A program made the position numbers and the translations under genes. Below the pieces are notes generated by a model. It was given only the letters and a program-made list of their open reading frames with translations, did no database searches and was not told the DNA's origin. From Octopus bimaculoides (taxonomy: Eukaryota): 38,749 nt of DNA. The stretch covers positions 123,555,477-123,594,225 of the forward strand of contig NC_068985.1 of NCBI RefSeq assembly GCF_001194135.2. Reading direction: 5' to 3'. Shown in pieces: positions 11,171 to 23,042 of this stretch. Position 1 is the stretch's first letter. The number at the start of each line of letters is the position of its first letter.

Positions 11171-12281
11171 CAGGGTGTTTGGGATAAATTTGATAATGAT
11201 CTTCTTTTTATGTCTTCTTTTTTCAGGATCAACTTGGTGTATTGGCCAACATTCAACAGTGTTGAAGAGCATAAAGATTAACTTTGTAGTTGAGAAAAAG
11301 TTAGCTGACATGGAGGACTGAAAGCCATCTGAATATTGGTAAAAGGTTACCTGTGCTAAATATCAAAATCACGACTGCTGCTCAGTGCTCTGTGAACACT
11401 GTAAAGGTTGTAAGACGGACAGCTGCAACAGAGATTACAAAGCCATGGCTAACAAGAAGTGATACAACAGGAATTTTGACTGCATTCACATGCCAGCATT
11501 CAACCATCAACTGCAGGACAAGGCAATGAACTATCCAAGCAAGAGAAACCAGGCTTTGGTGAGAGGGATGGGTGTCAGAATTGCCACAGTGAAGCTGGCT
11601 CTGAATGAGAGCCTTTTCTCCCACTCATACTAGAGGCACAAGCAACAAATTATGACAGCCAAGGTGAAAGAGAACTGCTTGATGAAAGCAAAAAAGCTCC
11701 TTCACAAGCTGAGGCATCCTGCTGAATCAGGGACAATCTGCTTCTTCTCAGATGAAAAGAATTTCTGCCAGGACCAGAAACAATAGGTGACTTACCTACA
11801 ATCAATGTGATGTCCCTCATATCCTGAAAACCAAGTTTCCCCAAACTGTGATAGTCTTTGGGTGTGTCTTCGGTGACGGTGATGTCATGCCACCCCACAT
11901 CTTTGAACAAGTCTTTAGGTTCAATTCAGATGGCTATGTGAAGCTGCTGGAGAGGGTTACTACTAAAAGGCCAAATACGTGACTGTAGGATTCAGCTTCT
12001 TGCTATACCTCCAAAAAAAGTTAGAAGTAGTTGTTGAAGAATTTCTATGATTTCATCAGCGCTAATTTCTGGCCCCCCCTAATTCCACCGATTGTAATCC
12101 TATGGATTACTATGTGTGAGGCATGGTTGAGAAAGACACCAACCTCTTTGCCAGAACACCAAGGCCAAGCAGGAGACCAGGATCAAGAAGATGCTTGAAG
12201 ATCTTCCCAGGGACACAGTAAGAAAAACATGTGCTAGGTTCCTGAGCTATCTTGAAGATGTGGTGGAAGCTGAAGGTGGCA
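11171..12281 (+). mobile_element. maT-family (DD37D) Tc1/mariner transposon fossil
   Basis: Left end cagggtgtttggg; ATG near 11310. Frameshifted translation: MGVRIATVKLALNE..HSY.RHKQQIMT...FFSDEKNF...TKFPQTVIVFGCV..DGDVMPPHIFE... then D(11989)SASCYTSKK...FWPPNSTDCNPMDY. There are 37 residues between the 2nd and 3rd catalytic Asp after correcting one 2-nt insertion. The right TIR was not found. Confidence 0.85.
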
Positions 12282-12374
12282 CGCACTTACACACACACAC
12301 ACACACATACACACACACACACACACATACACACACACATGTATATCTCAAATACATATATATATGTGTGTGAA

Positions 12375-12417
<43 letters not shown>

Positions 12418-12435
12418 NNNNNNNNNNTGTGTGAA

Positions 12436-12481
<46 letters not shown>

Positions 12482-12550
12482 TTTATATATTGTGTATACA
12501 TGCATAATATATATATACATACACACATGCACATATATATATATACATAT

Positions 12551-12632
<82 letters not shown>

Positions 12633-12639
12633 TTTGATT

Positions 12640-12860
12640 GTGATTGATCAGACTATTGGATGTTGTTGTACATCGCTGATCACAATGCACTTTTCATCGT
12701 TTTAACTTTTGAGTGATGCCACCACACTGGCTAGGTGAGCAGGCTAACATTCCCTCTGATCGGAAGGCCAGTTCAGTGCTGAATTATCCATTTACAGCTA
12801 GATAATATGCAACTGCTCTGGGAATCAAAACCCTAACCAACATGCCTCACCACCAGGTTA
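12640..12860 (-). mobile_element. degenerate tRNA-SINE remnant
   Basis: gatcagactattggatgttgttgtacatcgctgatcacaatgc...gccaccacactggctaggtgagcaggc, plus a B-box-like reverse complement (ctgggaatcaaaaccctaacca). Resembles a cephalopod SINE from memory only. Confidence 0.45.
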
Positions 12861-12869
12861 CTCAACTTC

Positions 12870-12904
<35 letters not shown>

Positions 12905-13242
12905 GTTCTAGACTGTACCCAGAACTAGGTGATTGGAAAGTGAACTTTTTAGAGACACTAATATACCAGCATTTACACCTGTATACAAGTATGTACATAT
13001 ATATGCAACGTATCAGTACCACTTCACCCTGTGTGCTCTCAACCACATTGGGTAGCTAGTTAATGCTGTTGGTTCCGCTGGCTGCAGTTTTGTCTACATC
13101 TGCCCATGTGATACTGGCCTTTCTCATGTCAGTTATGAATGTTTGTTCTGTATCATGTAGCTTTTGATCTGTCTCTTTCTTCTCCCCTCAGGTGGTGCCA
13201 TTTGAAAATTGTTTTAGAATGGCATTGTTCTCGTGACACTAT

Positions 13243-13412
13243 TCAATTTTTTTTCTCCGTGTTTTTCTCCTTGTCTCCGTATTCTTTCTGTTGAAGAGCG
13301 TAGCTCGAAACGTCAAAGACTTTCCGTATTCCCGAGCGTCATACTAATATATACTTTTGTTATTTACACCACCTGTCCTCGTCTGTTGTTATTTTTTGTA
13401 TAATCTCCCATA
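13243..13412 (+). mobile_element. short Penelope-like terminal-repeat fragment nested in the RTE fossil
   Basis: CpG-rich 170-bp insert that interrupts the RTE reading frame. Contains the ctgNtga...gctcgaaacgtc hammerhead-like core typical of Penelope-like element terminal repeats. No RT or GIY-YIG sequence is present, so the family call is inference. Confidence 0.5.
13283..13319 (+). ncRNA. minimal type I hammerhead ribozyme-like motif (variant core)
   Basis: Helix I tcttt (13283-87)/aaaga (13315-19); core ctgttga (13288-94; A6 to U versus CUGANGA); extra A; helix II gagc-gta-gctc; GAAA (13307-10); C; GUC triplet (13312-14). Helix III can form only through the palindrome ACGT, i.e. in a dimer. 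Confidence 0.55.
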
Positions 13413-13841
13413 TATGATCTGCTAGTTTGAATCTCTGTTCCATGAGGATTTCACTCTATGGTCATGTGTTGGCTCTCTTTAGAATGTCTTTATTGGTTAT
13501 GTTGTCTTGCAAGTATATTCTCAGAATCCTTCTCAAACATCTTTGATGGAAAACATCTAGCTTTCTGTCTATTTTCATGAGGCGCTTCCATGTCTCCCTA
13601 GCATAGAGAGCTACTAGTTGAACAATGCTGTAACAGGGCTGGATCTTTGTGCGGAAGCTGATGATACAGGAGGACCAGATATTGCATGTTCTCTGGAACA
13701 CGGCTACACCTTTGCTAATTCCAGGGCTGAGATTAGTCTCAATATTGCTGTTTTTACTGATGACACTACCCAGATAAGTGAATTTGACAACTGTCTTGAT
13801 ATTTTGATGGTTGATCTTTACATAGCCTAAAATTATACTCA

Positions 13842-13875
<34 letters not shown>

Positions 13876-14056
13876 CACACACACACATACACACACATTT
13901 ACATACATANNNNNNNNNNNNNNNNNNNNNNNNNNNNNNNNNNNNNNNNNNNNNNNNNNNNNNNNNNNNNNNNNNNNNNNNNNNNNNNNNNNNNNNNNNN
14001 NNNNNNNNNNNNNNNNNNNNNNNNNNNNNNNNNNNNNNNNNNNNNNNNNNNNNNNN

Positions 14057-14104
<48 letters not shown>

Positions 14105-14174
14105 CACACACACACATACACACACATTTACATACATATATAAAGATACAAATATACATATGCAATCTTTTTTT

Positions 14175-15860
14175 TATGAACCATGCTACTTGGCCTGGTT
14201 GAACAAGGAATTCTTCACATGTATTGCTTACTAGCAGTTAATTCAGTGCTTTGTCATCTCTGCCACGAGATTTAACTCCTTCAGATCTGTCTTCACCACT
14301 TCACAAAAAATCTTCTTTGGTTTCCCTCTTCCATACTTTGAGTGAAAGCACTTCCTTTTTAGGGCAGTTCTTATCCATATTCCTTATGTTCCCATATCAA
14401 ACAATCTTTTCTCTTACTGCTTTTGATTCATCTTATGATCATTTTTTCTCATCATTCATGCACATGTATATACCAGCAGAGCATGCTTTTCTTCATTCTA
14501 GTCTTTGCAAGTCCTCTGAATTTAGGTCCCAAATCTCACCATCATGCAGCATTGTACTCCATACCTAAGCATCATACAATCTCTGAGGGAGAAGCCATGT
14601 GTTACCTGCTGACGTAATGACTCTCTGATCTTTTTTTCCCAACTAGATCTCATACTCTATACTGCACTCCCAGAACACCCAACCTACTGCTAGTTAGGTC
14701 CTCCAGATGATAAAAGCTATCTGCTACTTCTAGAGTAGTTCTAGTCCTACCTGGGCCTGGAGTGAGTTTATTGCACATGTAACATCAGCACTTCATGTTC
14801 TTGTGTGCCTGCTTCATGTAGAATTTACTTTCTCTGTTAACCTTCCTGTGATCCAACTACTCTCACTGTGCATCTAAGACTGCTTACAATTTCTCCCTAC
14901 ACCTTTTCTGTATATCAAGCTTGTTGTAGGTTCTCCTTTACTACTTATAAATACTTTAATCTTTGCTAAATTTACTTTGAGGCCTCTTGATTCCAGGTTT
15001 TGCTTCCTTATTTGGAATATTTTTTCTAACTCTCCTAGAGATTCAGCTGTAAGAACCAGGTCACCAGCATAATGAAGGCAGCTGAACATGAACTCTTCTG
15101 CTATGGCTTGAAAAAGTATAACGAAGGGAAGAGAGCCAAGGACTAACACTGGCACATCCTCTACTCTCCTGCTGAATTCATCATTATACTTATGACCAAA
15201 TCTCACCTTATTGACCACAACCCTATATTTGGCTTGTACGTCTCTCACAAGCCATTTGTTTACTCCTTGCTTCCTCAGTTACTATCTGATCACAGAGTGA
15301 GGAACTCAATTGAAGACCTTTGCTAGTCAACAAATGCTAGGTATAGAGACTTATTCCTGACTAAATACTCTTCATGCAGCTGTCTCATTGAGAAGATGGC
15401 ATCAGCAGTGGTTTCTTTTACAGGTCCCCCATCAAAAAAAGCAAACAGCATTGCATGTAGGTTAATTCTAATCAGTTGTGCCATAACATTTTCTTTAATC
15501 TTCATAACCTGGTCAAATAATTTAAAGCTTCTCTAGTTACTTATCTTTTAGTGCCTTTGAACTTTTAGCAAGTCTGTGTGACAGCTTGGTCAAATATCTT
15601 CTACTATATCATCATCATCATCATCATCATCGTTTAACGTCCGCTTTCCATGCTAGCATGGGTTGGACGATTTGACTGAGGACTGGTGAAACCGGATGGC
15701 AACACCAGGCTCCAGTCTGATTTGGCAGAGTTTCTACAGCTGGATGCCCTTCCTAACGCCAACCACTCAGAGAGTGTAGTGGGTGCTTTTATCTTCTACT
15801 AAATATCTTCTACTAAATATCAGTTGACTATGAGGATGTGTCCTTCTTGAAATGTTAGGT
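14175..15860 (-). mobile_element. RTE-clade LINE fossil (RT domain to 3' end)
   Basis: Minus-strand pieces: FKLFDQVMKIKENVMAQLIR...TTADAIFSMRQLHEEYLVRNKSLYLAFVD; KVRFGHKYNDEFS...GSLPFVILFQAIAEEF...HYAGDLVLTAESL.ELEK..QNLESRGLKVNLAKIKV; LEVADSFYHLED...; MLHDGEIW...GRGKPKK. Confidence 0.85.
15607..15790 (-). mobile_element. young RTE 3'-tail insertion with 11-bp TSD
   Basis: (gat)n tail and ccatgctagcatgg palindrome. Flanked by atcttctacta at 15596-15606 and 15791-15801. Identical over 138 bp to 27198-27335. Confidence 0.9.
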
Positions 15861-15994
15861 TATTGATGTCAGTGTTTTCATTGATCATAAATATATGAAC
15901 AAGATACCTTTTGTGCATCTTTGTCTTCTGTTTTCTGTATTTCTTTCACGCATTCTATTTCTCATGTTCTATTTTATGTATATAATTATACATG

Positions 15995-16147
15995 TAGGTG
16001 CAGGAGTGGCTGTGTAGTAAGTACCTTGCTTACCAACCACATGGTTCTGGGTTCAGTCCCACTGCGTGGTACCTTGGGCAAGTGTCCTCTACTACAGCCT
16101 CGGGCCGAGTGGATTTGGTAGACGGAAACTGAAAGATGCCCGTCACA

Positions 16148-16198
<51 letters not shown>

Positions 16199-16414
16199 AT
16201 GTGTTTGTGTGTCTGTGTTTGTCCCCCCAACTTCACTTGACAACCGATGATGGTGTGTTTATGTCTCCGTAACTTAGTGGTTCGGCATAAAAGACCAATA
16301 GAATAAGTACTAGGCTTACAAAGAATAAGTCCTGGGGTCGATTTGCTCGACTAAAGGCAGTGCTCCAGCATGGCCGCAGTCAAATGACTGAAACAAGTAA
16401 AAGAGTAAAGAGTA
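15995..16414 (+). mobile_element. SINE family A, full-length copy
   Basis: tRNA-like head (tggctgtgtagtaa A-box-like; ggttcagtccc B-box-like), ccttgggcaag segment, internal (TA)n/(TG)n, and tail ggcagtgctccagcatggccgcagtcaaatgactgaaacaagt(aaagagt)n. Four further copies occur in the window. Confidence 0.92.
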
Positions 16415-16467
16415 GTAGCTGCTACTTTACTGCTTTGTCATTGTCAAAGTTGATGGATGAACTATTA

Positions 16468-17386
16468 NNNNNNNNNNNNNNNNNNNNNNNNNNNNNNNNN
16501 NNNNNNNNNNNNNNNNNNNNNNNNNNNNNNNNNNNNNNNNNNNNNNNNNNNNNNNNNNNNNNNNNNNNNNNNNNNNNNNNNNNNNNNNNNNNNNNNNNNN
16601 NNNNNNNNNNNNNNNNNNNNNNNNNNNNNNNNNNNNNNNNNNNNNNNNNNNNNNNNNNNNNNNNNNNNNNNNNNNNNNNNNNNNNNNNNNNNNNNNNNNN
16701 NNNNNNNNNNNNNNNNNNNNNNNNNNNNNNNNNNNNNNNNNNNNNNNNNNNNNNNNNNNNNNNNNNNNNNNNNNNNNNNNNNNNNNNNNNNNNNNNNNNN
16801 NNNNNNNNNNNNNNNNNNNNNNNNNNNNNNNNNNNNNNNNNNNNNNNNNNNNNNNNNNNNNNNNNNNNNNNNNNNNNNNNNNNNNNNNNNNNNNNNNNNN
16901 NNNNNNNNNNNNNNNNNNNNNNNNNNNNNNNNNNNNNNNNNNNNNNNNNNNNNNNNNNNNNNNNNNNNNNNNNNNNNNNNNNNNNNNNNNNNNNNNNNNN
17001 NNNNNNNNNNNNNNNNNNNNNNNNNNNNNNNNNNNNNNNNNNNNNNNNNNNNNNNNNNNNNNNNNNNNNNNNNNNNNNNNNNNNNNNNNNNNNNNNNNNN
17101 NNNNNNNNNNNNNNNNNNNNNNNNNNNNNNNNNNNNNNNNNNNNNNNNNNNNNNNNNNNNNNNNNNNNNNNNNNNNNNNNNNNNNNNNNNNNNNNNNNNN
17201 NNNNNNNNNNNNNNNNNNNNNNNNNNNNNNNNNNNNNNNNNNNNNNNNNNNNNNNNNNNNNNNNNNNNNNNNNNNNNNNNNNNNNNNNNNNNNNNNNNNN
17301 NNNNNNNNNNNNNNNNNNNNNNNNNNNNNNNNNNNNNNNNNNNNNNNNNNNNNNNNNNNNNNNNNNNNNNNNNNNNNNNNNNNNNC
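16468..17386. other. assembly gap (other N runs: 8940-9384, 12418-12427, 13910-14056, 20520-20529, 21392-22360, 24429-24791, 27981-28814)
   Basis: N runs; several are bordered by (TA)n tracts. Confidence 1.
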
Positions 17387-17549
17387 CCACAAAAAAAACA
17401 ATTTGAAAATCCTACACGACTAGGTGAAAAGCGCTTTATTTAATATGTGACATTAATAAAAATCTGTAAATGAACAAACATCCAGATTTCTGAGTACCTT
17501 AATTAATTTTTTTCTATATAATTTCTGTACATCAGCTCCAAACCTTCCA

Positions 17550-17608
<59 letters not shown>

Positions 17609-17623
17609 TATATATAGACATAT

Positions 17624-18360
17624 ATCATCATCATCATGATTATCTTTTAATATCCATCTACTATGCTGACATGGGTTGGATGGGTTGTCAAAATCCAACA
17701 AGTCTGAGTACTTCATTGCACTCCAGTCTCTGCTTTGGTATGATTTTCATGCCTGAATGCTCTTCCTTTACAAAGTGCATTGGGTGCTTTTTTTTCTACG
17801 GTACCAGCACAAGTGAGGCTGCCATGTAGCTCATAAAGTTAAGATCCTCTTCAACTGAGCTGGGTTCTTATCAACTAGCTTTATGATAGGTGATGAGAGA
17901 TGAATGTGTGAAAGGAGCCAGAAACAAGTTTCTCACCGCAGAGGAGCTGCATGGCTACTTGCATTATAGGAAAATAGGAGGGGAGCAACCAGAGTGGAGT
18001 GGAGAGAAATATATAAGAGTGATGAGGAAGTATCAGAGTGGACCCTCAAGGTATATGAAAGGGAATATAAGTGAGTGGGTACAAACAAAAAGTATGTCTT
18101 GGTAGAAGTTGCAAGAGTGTATGGGAAAAATAAGGAAGGGATAGAAATGGAGTAGGAGTGAGGGGTAAATATAATAAATGATGAACATGGGTTGGAGGGT
18201 GACTGATGGTAAATATGAATTGGGGGGAGACAGGAATGAGTAGGTGATGACCATCAATATCAGGAAGAGTTGTGGGGTGGATGTAGTGAATAGTGGACAA
18301 GAGTAGAGGGGTAATGGATCACAGGTGTGAGTTGAAGTGAAGGTGGGAAGGTTGGCAAAG
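17624..18360 (-). mobile_element. RTE-tailed element with long pyrimidine-rich 3' region (second copy)
   Basis: (atc)n, ccatctactatgctgacatgggttgga (rc of RTE tail), gggtgctttt...gtaccagcacaagtgagg, then a purine-rich body homologous to the reverse complement of 2590-3200. Confidence 0.7.
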
Positions 18361-18399
18361 ACTGATAGTACAAAAAAAAAAGGGTAGAAAACAGTATGA

Positions 18400-18744
<345 letters not shown>

Positions 18745-19110
18745 GCAAGATGACATGTGGAATGTCTGAAGAGAGACATGCATAGAGCATAGGATGAATG
18801 AGAAGCGTATAATAGTAGAGAGAGAGAAGAATAGTTTGGTTGCATAGAAGGGTGATTCAATCTAAAATATTAGTGAAAAAGGATGACTCTATGAATGAAG
18901 GATCAATATCAATTGAAATGGTTTCAACTAGTGAGAAAGATAACAGGTATCACAGAAAAAGAGAGTGAAATGTGCAGTTCTGATTTCAATTAAAACAATA
19001 GAATATGTCAGTTAAACACACTAGGTGATGGGGAAGGTTTGAAGGAGAAATTGTTTGAAGGGCTCAGTATGTGTGTATTGTGTAGGCATGTACATACACA
19101 CACACACATA

Positions 19111-20192
19111 TCAGGGGAAGTGAAAAATTATTATAAAGCATATTTTACATGGCAACAATGTAATGGAAAGTACAAGGAATATCAATGCAGTATTGTGGGA
19201 TAGGACAATATGCGTAAGCCAGTCAACGGTGGTTTGAGAAATTCTGAGCCAGATACTACAGCCTAGAAGGTGAGATTCATCCTGGAAGAACTGTAGAGCT
19301 CGATGAGGATGTCCTACAAACACTGGTGGAACAAAATCCCTTCGGAACTGTTAAGGAACTAACAGAGAAGCTTGGATTTAGTCATTCAACCATTCATCGA
19401 CACCTGTGTGCCATCAGAAAAGTCAGCAAATTGGGTCAACAGGTTCCTCACAAACTTTCTGAGTCTAATTGCATGCAGAAGATTGAATGTGTACTCTTCT
19501 TTGCTATCACATCTCACGAATGAACCGTTTTTTGGGACTGAATAGTGACTGGTGACGAGAAATGGGTTCTCTATAAAAATGCCAAGTACCAAAGACAGTG
19601 GGTATGGAAAGGAGAAACACCAGGACCCTCGGCTAAAGAAGGTCTTCATTCACATAAGGTGTTGTTATCTGTTTGGTGGGATATGAAATGTTTAGTCCAC
19701 TTTGAATTTTTAAACCCAATCCAAACGATAACAAAAGAGATCTACTGTGAGCAGCTTAAGTCAGTGCTAGAAGGAAAATGACCATCTTTGGTTTCAAGAC
19801 AAAAGGTGTTCTTCCATCAGGATAATGCTCAGCCACATACAGTGAGGATGACATTCCAAAGGCTGGAGTAGTTTGAATGGGAAACGATGCCCCACCCATC
19901 ATATTTGCTGGACATTGCCCCATCTGGTCATCATTTATTTTGCAGTCTTCAAAATCATTTGGACAGAAAAAATATGAATTCTGTAGACGAGGTCAGAACA
20001 GTACTGGAGGAGTATTTTTCGTCACAGACAAGTGAATTTTGGAAGAGAGACTTTGCAAGTCTACCAGAAAGATGGAAGAGCATTGTAGAAAATGAAGGAG
20101 AATATATTTTAGATTAAAAAAGAACTTTGTTTATCTTAATTTTGAAAAATAAAAGAAGTATAAAAAAACTGCATTATTTATGGGATCACCCA

Positions 20193-20193
<1 letters not shown>
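19111..20193 (+). mobile_element. mariner (DD34D) transposon, 5'-truncated pseudogene
   Basis: Translation: RWFEKF...ELDEDVLQTLVEQNP...QVPHKLSE...VTGDEKWVLYKN...KVLLSVWWD...FHQDNAQPH...HPSYLLDIAPSGHHLFCSLQNHL...LPERWKSIVENEGEYILD*. Spacing is 34 aa, with the third D mutated to G; stops and frameshifts present. Right TIR gcattatttatgggatcacccaa plus TA at 20194-20195. Confidence 0.95.
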
Positions 20194-20242
<49 letters not shown>

Positions 20243-20244
<2 letters not shown>

Positions 20245-20519
20245 TGAAGGTGCATGGCTTAATGGTTAGGGCATTCAGCTCATGATCATAAGGTTGTGAG
20301 TTCAATTCCTGGTGACACATTATGTCCTTCAGCAAAATACTTAATTTCATGTTGCTCCAGTCTACTAAACTGGCAAAAATGAGTTGTACCTATAATTTAA
20401 AAGGGCTAGCCTTGTCACATTCTGTGTCACGTTGAATCTCCCTGAGAGCTACGTTAAGTTTACACGTGTCTGTGGAGTGCTCAGCCACTTGCGTGTTAAT
20501 TTCATGAGCAGGCTGTTCT
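20243..20519 (+). mobile_element. tRNA-SINE family D (3' end in gap)
   Basis: gtgaaggtgcatggcttaatggttaggg (A box) ... gagttcaattcc (B box), then the CORE-like gtccttcagcaaaatacttaatttcatgttgctccagtc. A homologous head lies at 36757-36910 (minus). Confidence 0.8.
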
Positions 20520-21224
20520 NNNNNNNNNNATTAAAATAAATACATGCACTGGTTCAATACCACTTTTTTATTTTACCAACAAACCATTCAATGGCTTCTT
20601 TAATGTGTTGATTGAACAATCGATTGTAACATGCAAATGTAAAGAAAGCAATCTTAACCCCTGTGATGGAAAGATTTATTGAAAAAAAAGGAGGTAATAG
20701 AAAGAATAATAGCACTGTGAAGGATTCAGAAGAACTTGCAAAACCTCTGTGTAGCTCCTACAGTCTCTGTGTGGGGTAAAGCATCTCTGATGTTTATTTC
20801 ACCTTCAGACAGAGTGAACAGTACTGGGATGGAGGTAGAGGTGACAGAGGAGATGATGATGAATGATATCAGGAGTGAAGGAAAGAGAGGGTTGGAGACA
20901 GAAATGGTGAAAGGGTGGGGTTGTAGGTGTCCCCATTCATGAGTTGGGTCTGTTTATGTTCCATGCAAGCACAGGCTGGATACTCTGACACAATGGTCAT
21001 TCCTCAAGTGCTCTGCTTGCTACTTCCAGAAATGGCTCTGATGAAAGTAGCATTAATTTTCTTAGGTCGTTCAATTTACCTCAATTCATCAACTGAGTAA
21101 ATAGACCAACTGAATAAACCTATCAATAATGTACTTATAATGATTTCTGGATACAGCTGTGAGCCAAATTTGTTCTATGAAAGGAATTATATGTAATGAC
21201 CATTATTTCTAACTTGTTACTGAT

Positions 21225-21265
<41 letters not shown>

Positions 21266-22680
21266 CAGAAGTCCGCCAAATACCACTGAGTAACCATCTG
21301 GCAACATGTGGTCATCAAACTTTTATTATATTTCCATTCCATAAACTTTACAACTGGAATGAAATCGAGAGAAAATGCAAAGAAAAGGACTNNNNNNNNN
21401 NNNNNNNNNNNNNNNNNNNNNNNNNNNNNNNNNNNNNNNNNNNNNNNNNNNNNNNNNNNNNNNNNNNNNNNNNNNNNNNNNNNNNNNNNNNNNNNNNNNN
21501 NNNNNNNNNNNNNNNNNNNNNNNNNNNNNNNNNNNNNNNNNNNNNNNNNNNNNNNNNNNNNNNNNNNNNNNNNNNNNNNNNNNNNNNNNNNNNNNNNNNN
21601 NNNNNNNNNNNNNNNNNNNNNNNNNNNNNNNNNNNNNNNNNNNNNNNNNNNNNNNNNNNNNNNNNNNNNNNNNNNNNNNNNNNNNNNNNNNNNNNNNNNN
21701 NNNNNNNNNNNNNNNNNNNNNNNNNNNNNNNNNNNNNNNNNNNNNNNNNNNNNNNNNNNNNNNNNNNNNNNNNNNNNNNNNNNNNNNNNNNNNNNNNNNN
21801 NNNNNNNNNNNNNNNNNNNNNNNNNNNNNNNNNNNNNNNNNNNNNNNNNNNNNNNNNNNNNNNNNNNNNNNNNNNNNNNNNNNNNNNNNNNNNNNNNNNN
21901 NNNNNNNNNNNNNNNNNNNNNNNNNNNNNNNNNNNNNNNNNNNNNNNNNNNNNNNNNNNNNNNNNNNNNNNNNNNNNNNNNNNNNNNNNNNNNNNNNNNN
22001 NNNNNNNNNNNNNNNNNNNNNNNNNNNNNNNNNNNNNNNNNNNNNNNNNNNNNNNNNNNNNNNNNNNNNNNNNNNNNNNNNNNNNNNNNNNNNNNNNNNN
22101 NNNNNNNNNNNNNNNNNNNNNNNNNNNNNNNNNNNNNNNNNNNNNNNNNNNNNNNNNNNNNNNNNNNNNNNNNNNNNNNNNNNNNNNNNNNNNNNNNNNN
22201 NNNNNNNNNNNNNNNNNNNNNNNNNNNNNNNNNNNNNNNNNNNNNNNNNNNNNNNNNNNNNNNNNNNNNNNNNNNNNNNNNNNNNNNNNNNNNNNNNNNN
22301 NNNNNNNNNNNNNNNNNNNNNNNNNNNNNNNNNNNNNNNNNNNNNNNNNNNNNNNNNNNNATGAATACACACTCACACACACACACATACATCCTTTAAG
22401 TTCGTTTATGCTAAGCATTTGTGAGTGGGCATATAATGGCTTCTATTTTCTTATGTCAGCTGCAGCCGAATATCGCCTGAAGAAATAATCACATGAACTA
22501 TGGTTCATCTGATGTCCATGGATACTACAGACTGTACTGCAATCATCTCAGGGATACAGATTATGATCTTATGAAGCATGTGATTCATGGAAATGCACAT
22601 AACGCTGCATTGAAATATTTACAAATTCCATCCATGGATTATTATTATTGTTATTATTATTATTATTATTATTATATATG

Positions 22681-22737
<57 letters not shown>

Positions 22738-23042
22738 ATGTGTCTAAATTCATATTTGTGATGTATAAGGAATTTCATATATATTATATATGTAGCTGAT
22801 TGAATAGTTAAGCTGTTTCTTGTTTGATCTCATATAGGATTCGACCAAGTTTAAAATACTTAAAATACTTTTTCTACCAGTCATACATTAGTATCAAAAG
22901 TGCAACCCTGAAGCACGATGTTTCTCTTAACTTGTAAAATACTAAAAGACAGCTAGACATCACCCCATCAATTCTTAAATCACAAGAAATTTCAGGTTTC
23001 CACCAAATGGAAGGTACAAAATATCATAATTCTTAAGTTTTA

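Larger units (their letters stand above)
13020..13830 (-). mobile_element. RTE-clade (BovB/Expander-like) LINE, RT thumb and C-terminus
   Basis: Minus strand: VVKFTYLGSVIS...ALYARETWK...KLDVFHQRCLRRILRIYLQDNITNKDILKRAN...FKLADHI. After the 13243-13412 insert it continues HSKTIFKW.PPEGRRKR....DMRKASITWADV. Confidence 0.8.

Noticed and set aside
20243-20310. tRNA-like A/B boxes here and at 15995, 25950-26016, 28822 and 36840-36910
   Set aside because: These are SINE heads; no complete cloverleaf or acceptor stem, and each continues into a repeated SINE body.
21040-21075. Other ctgatga heptamers (here and at about 13659) as hammerhead cores
   Set aside because: No downstream helix II plus GAAA and no complementary helix I.
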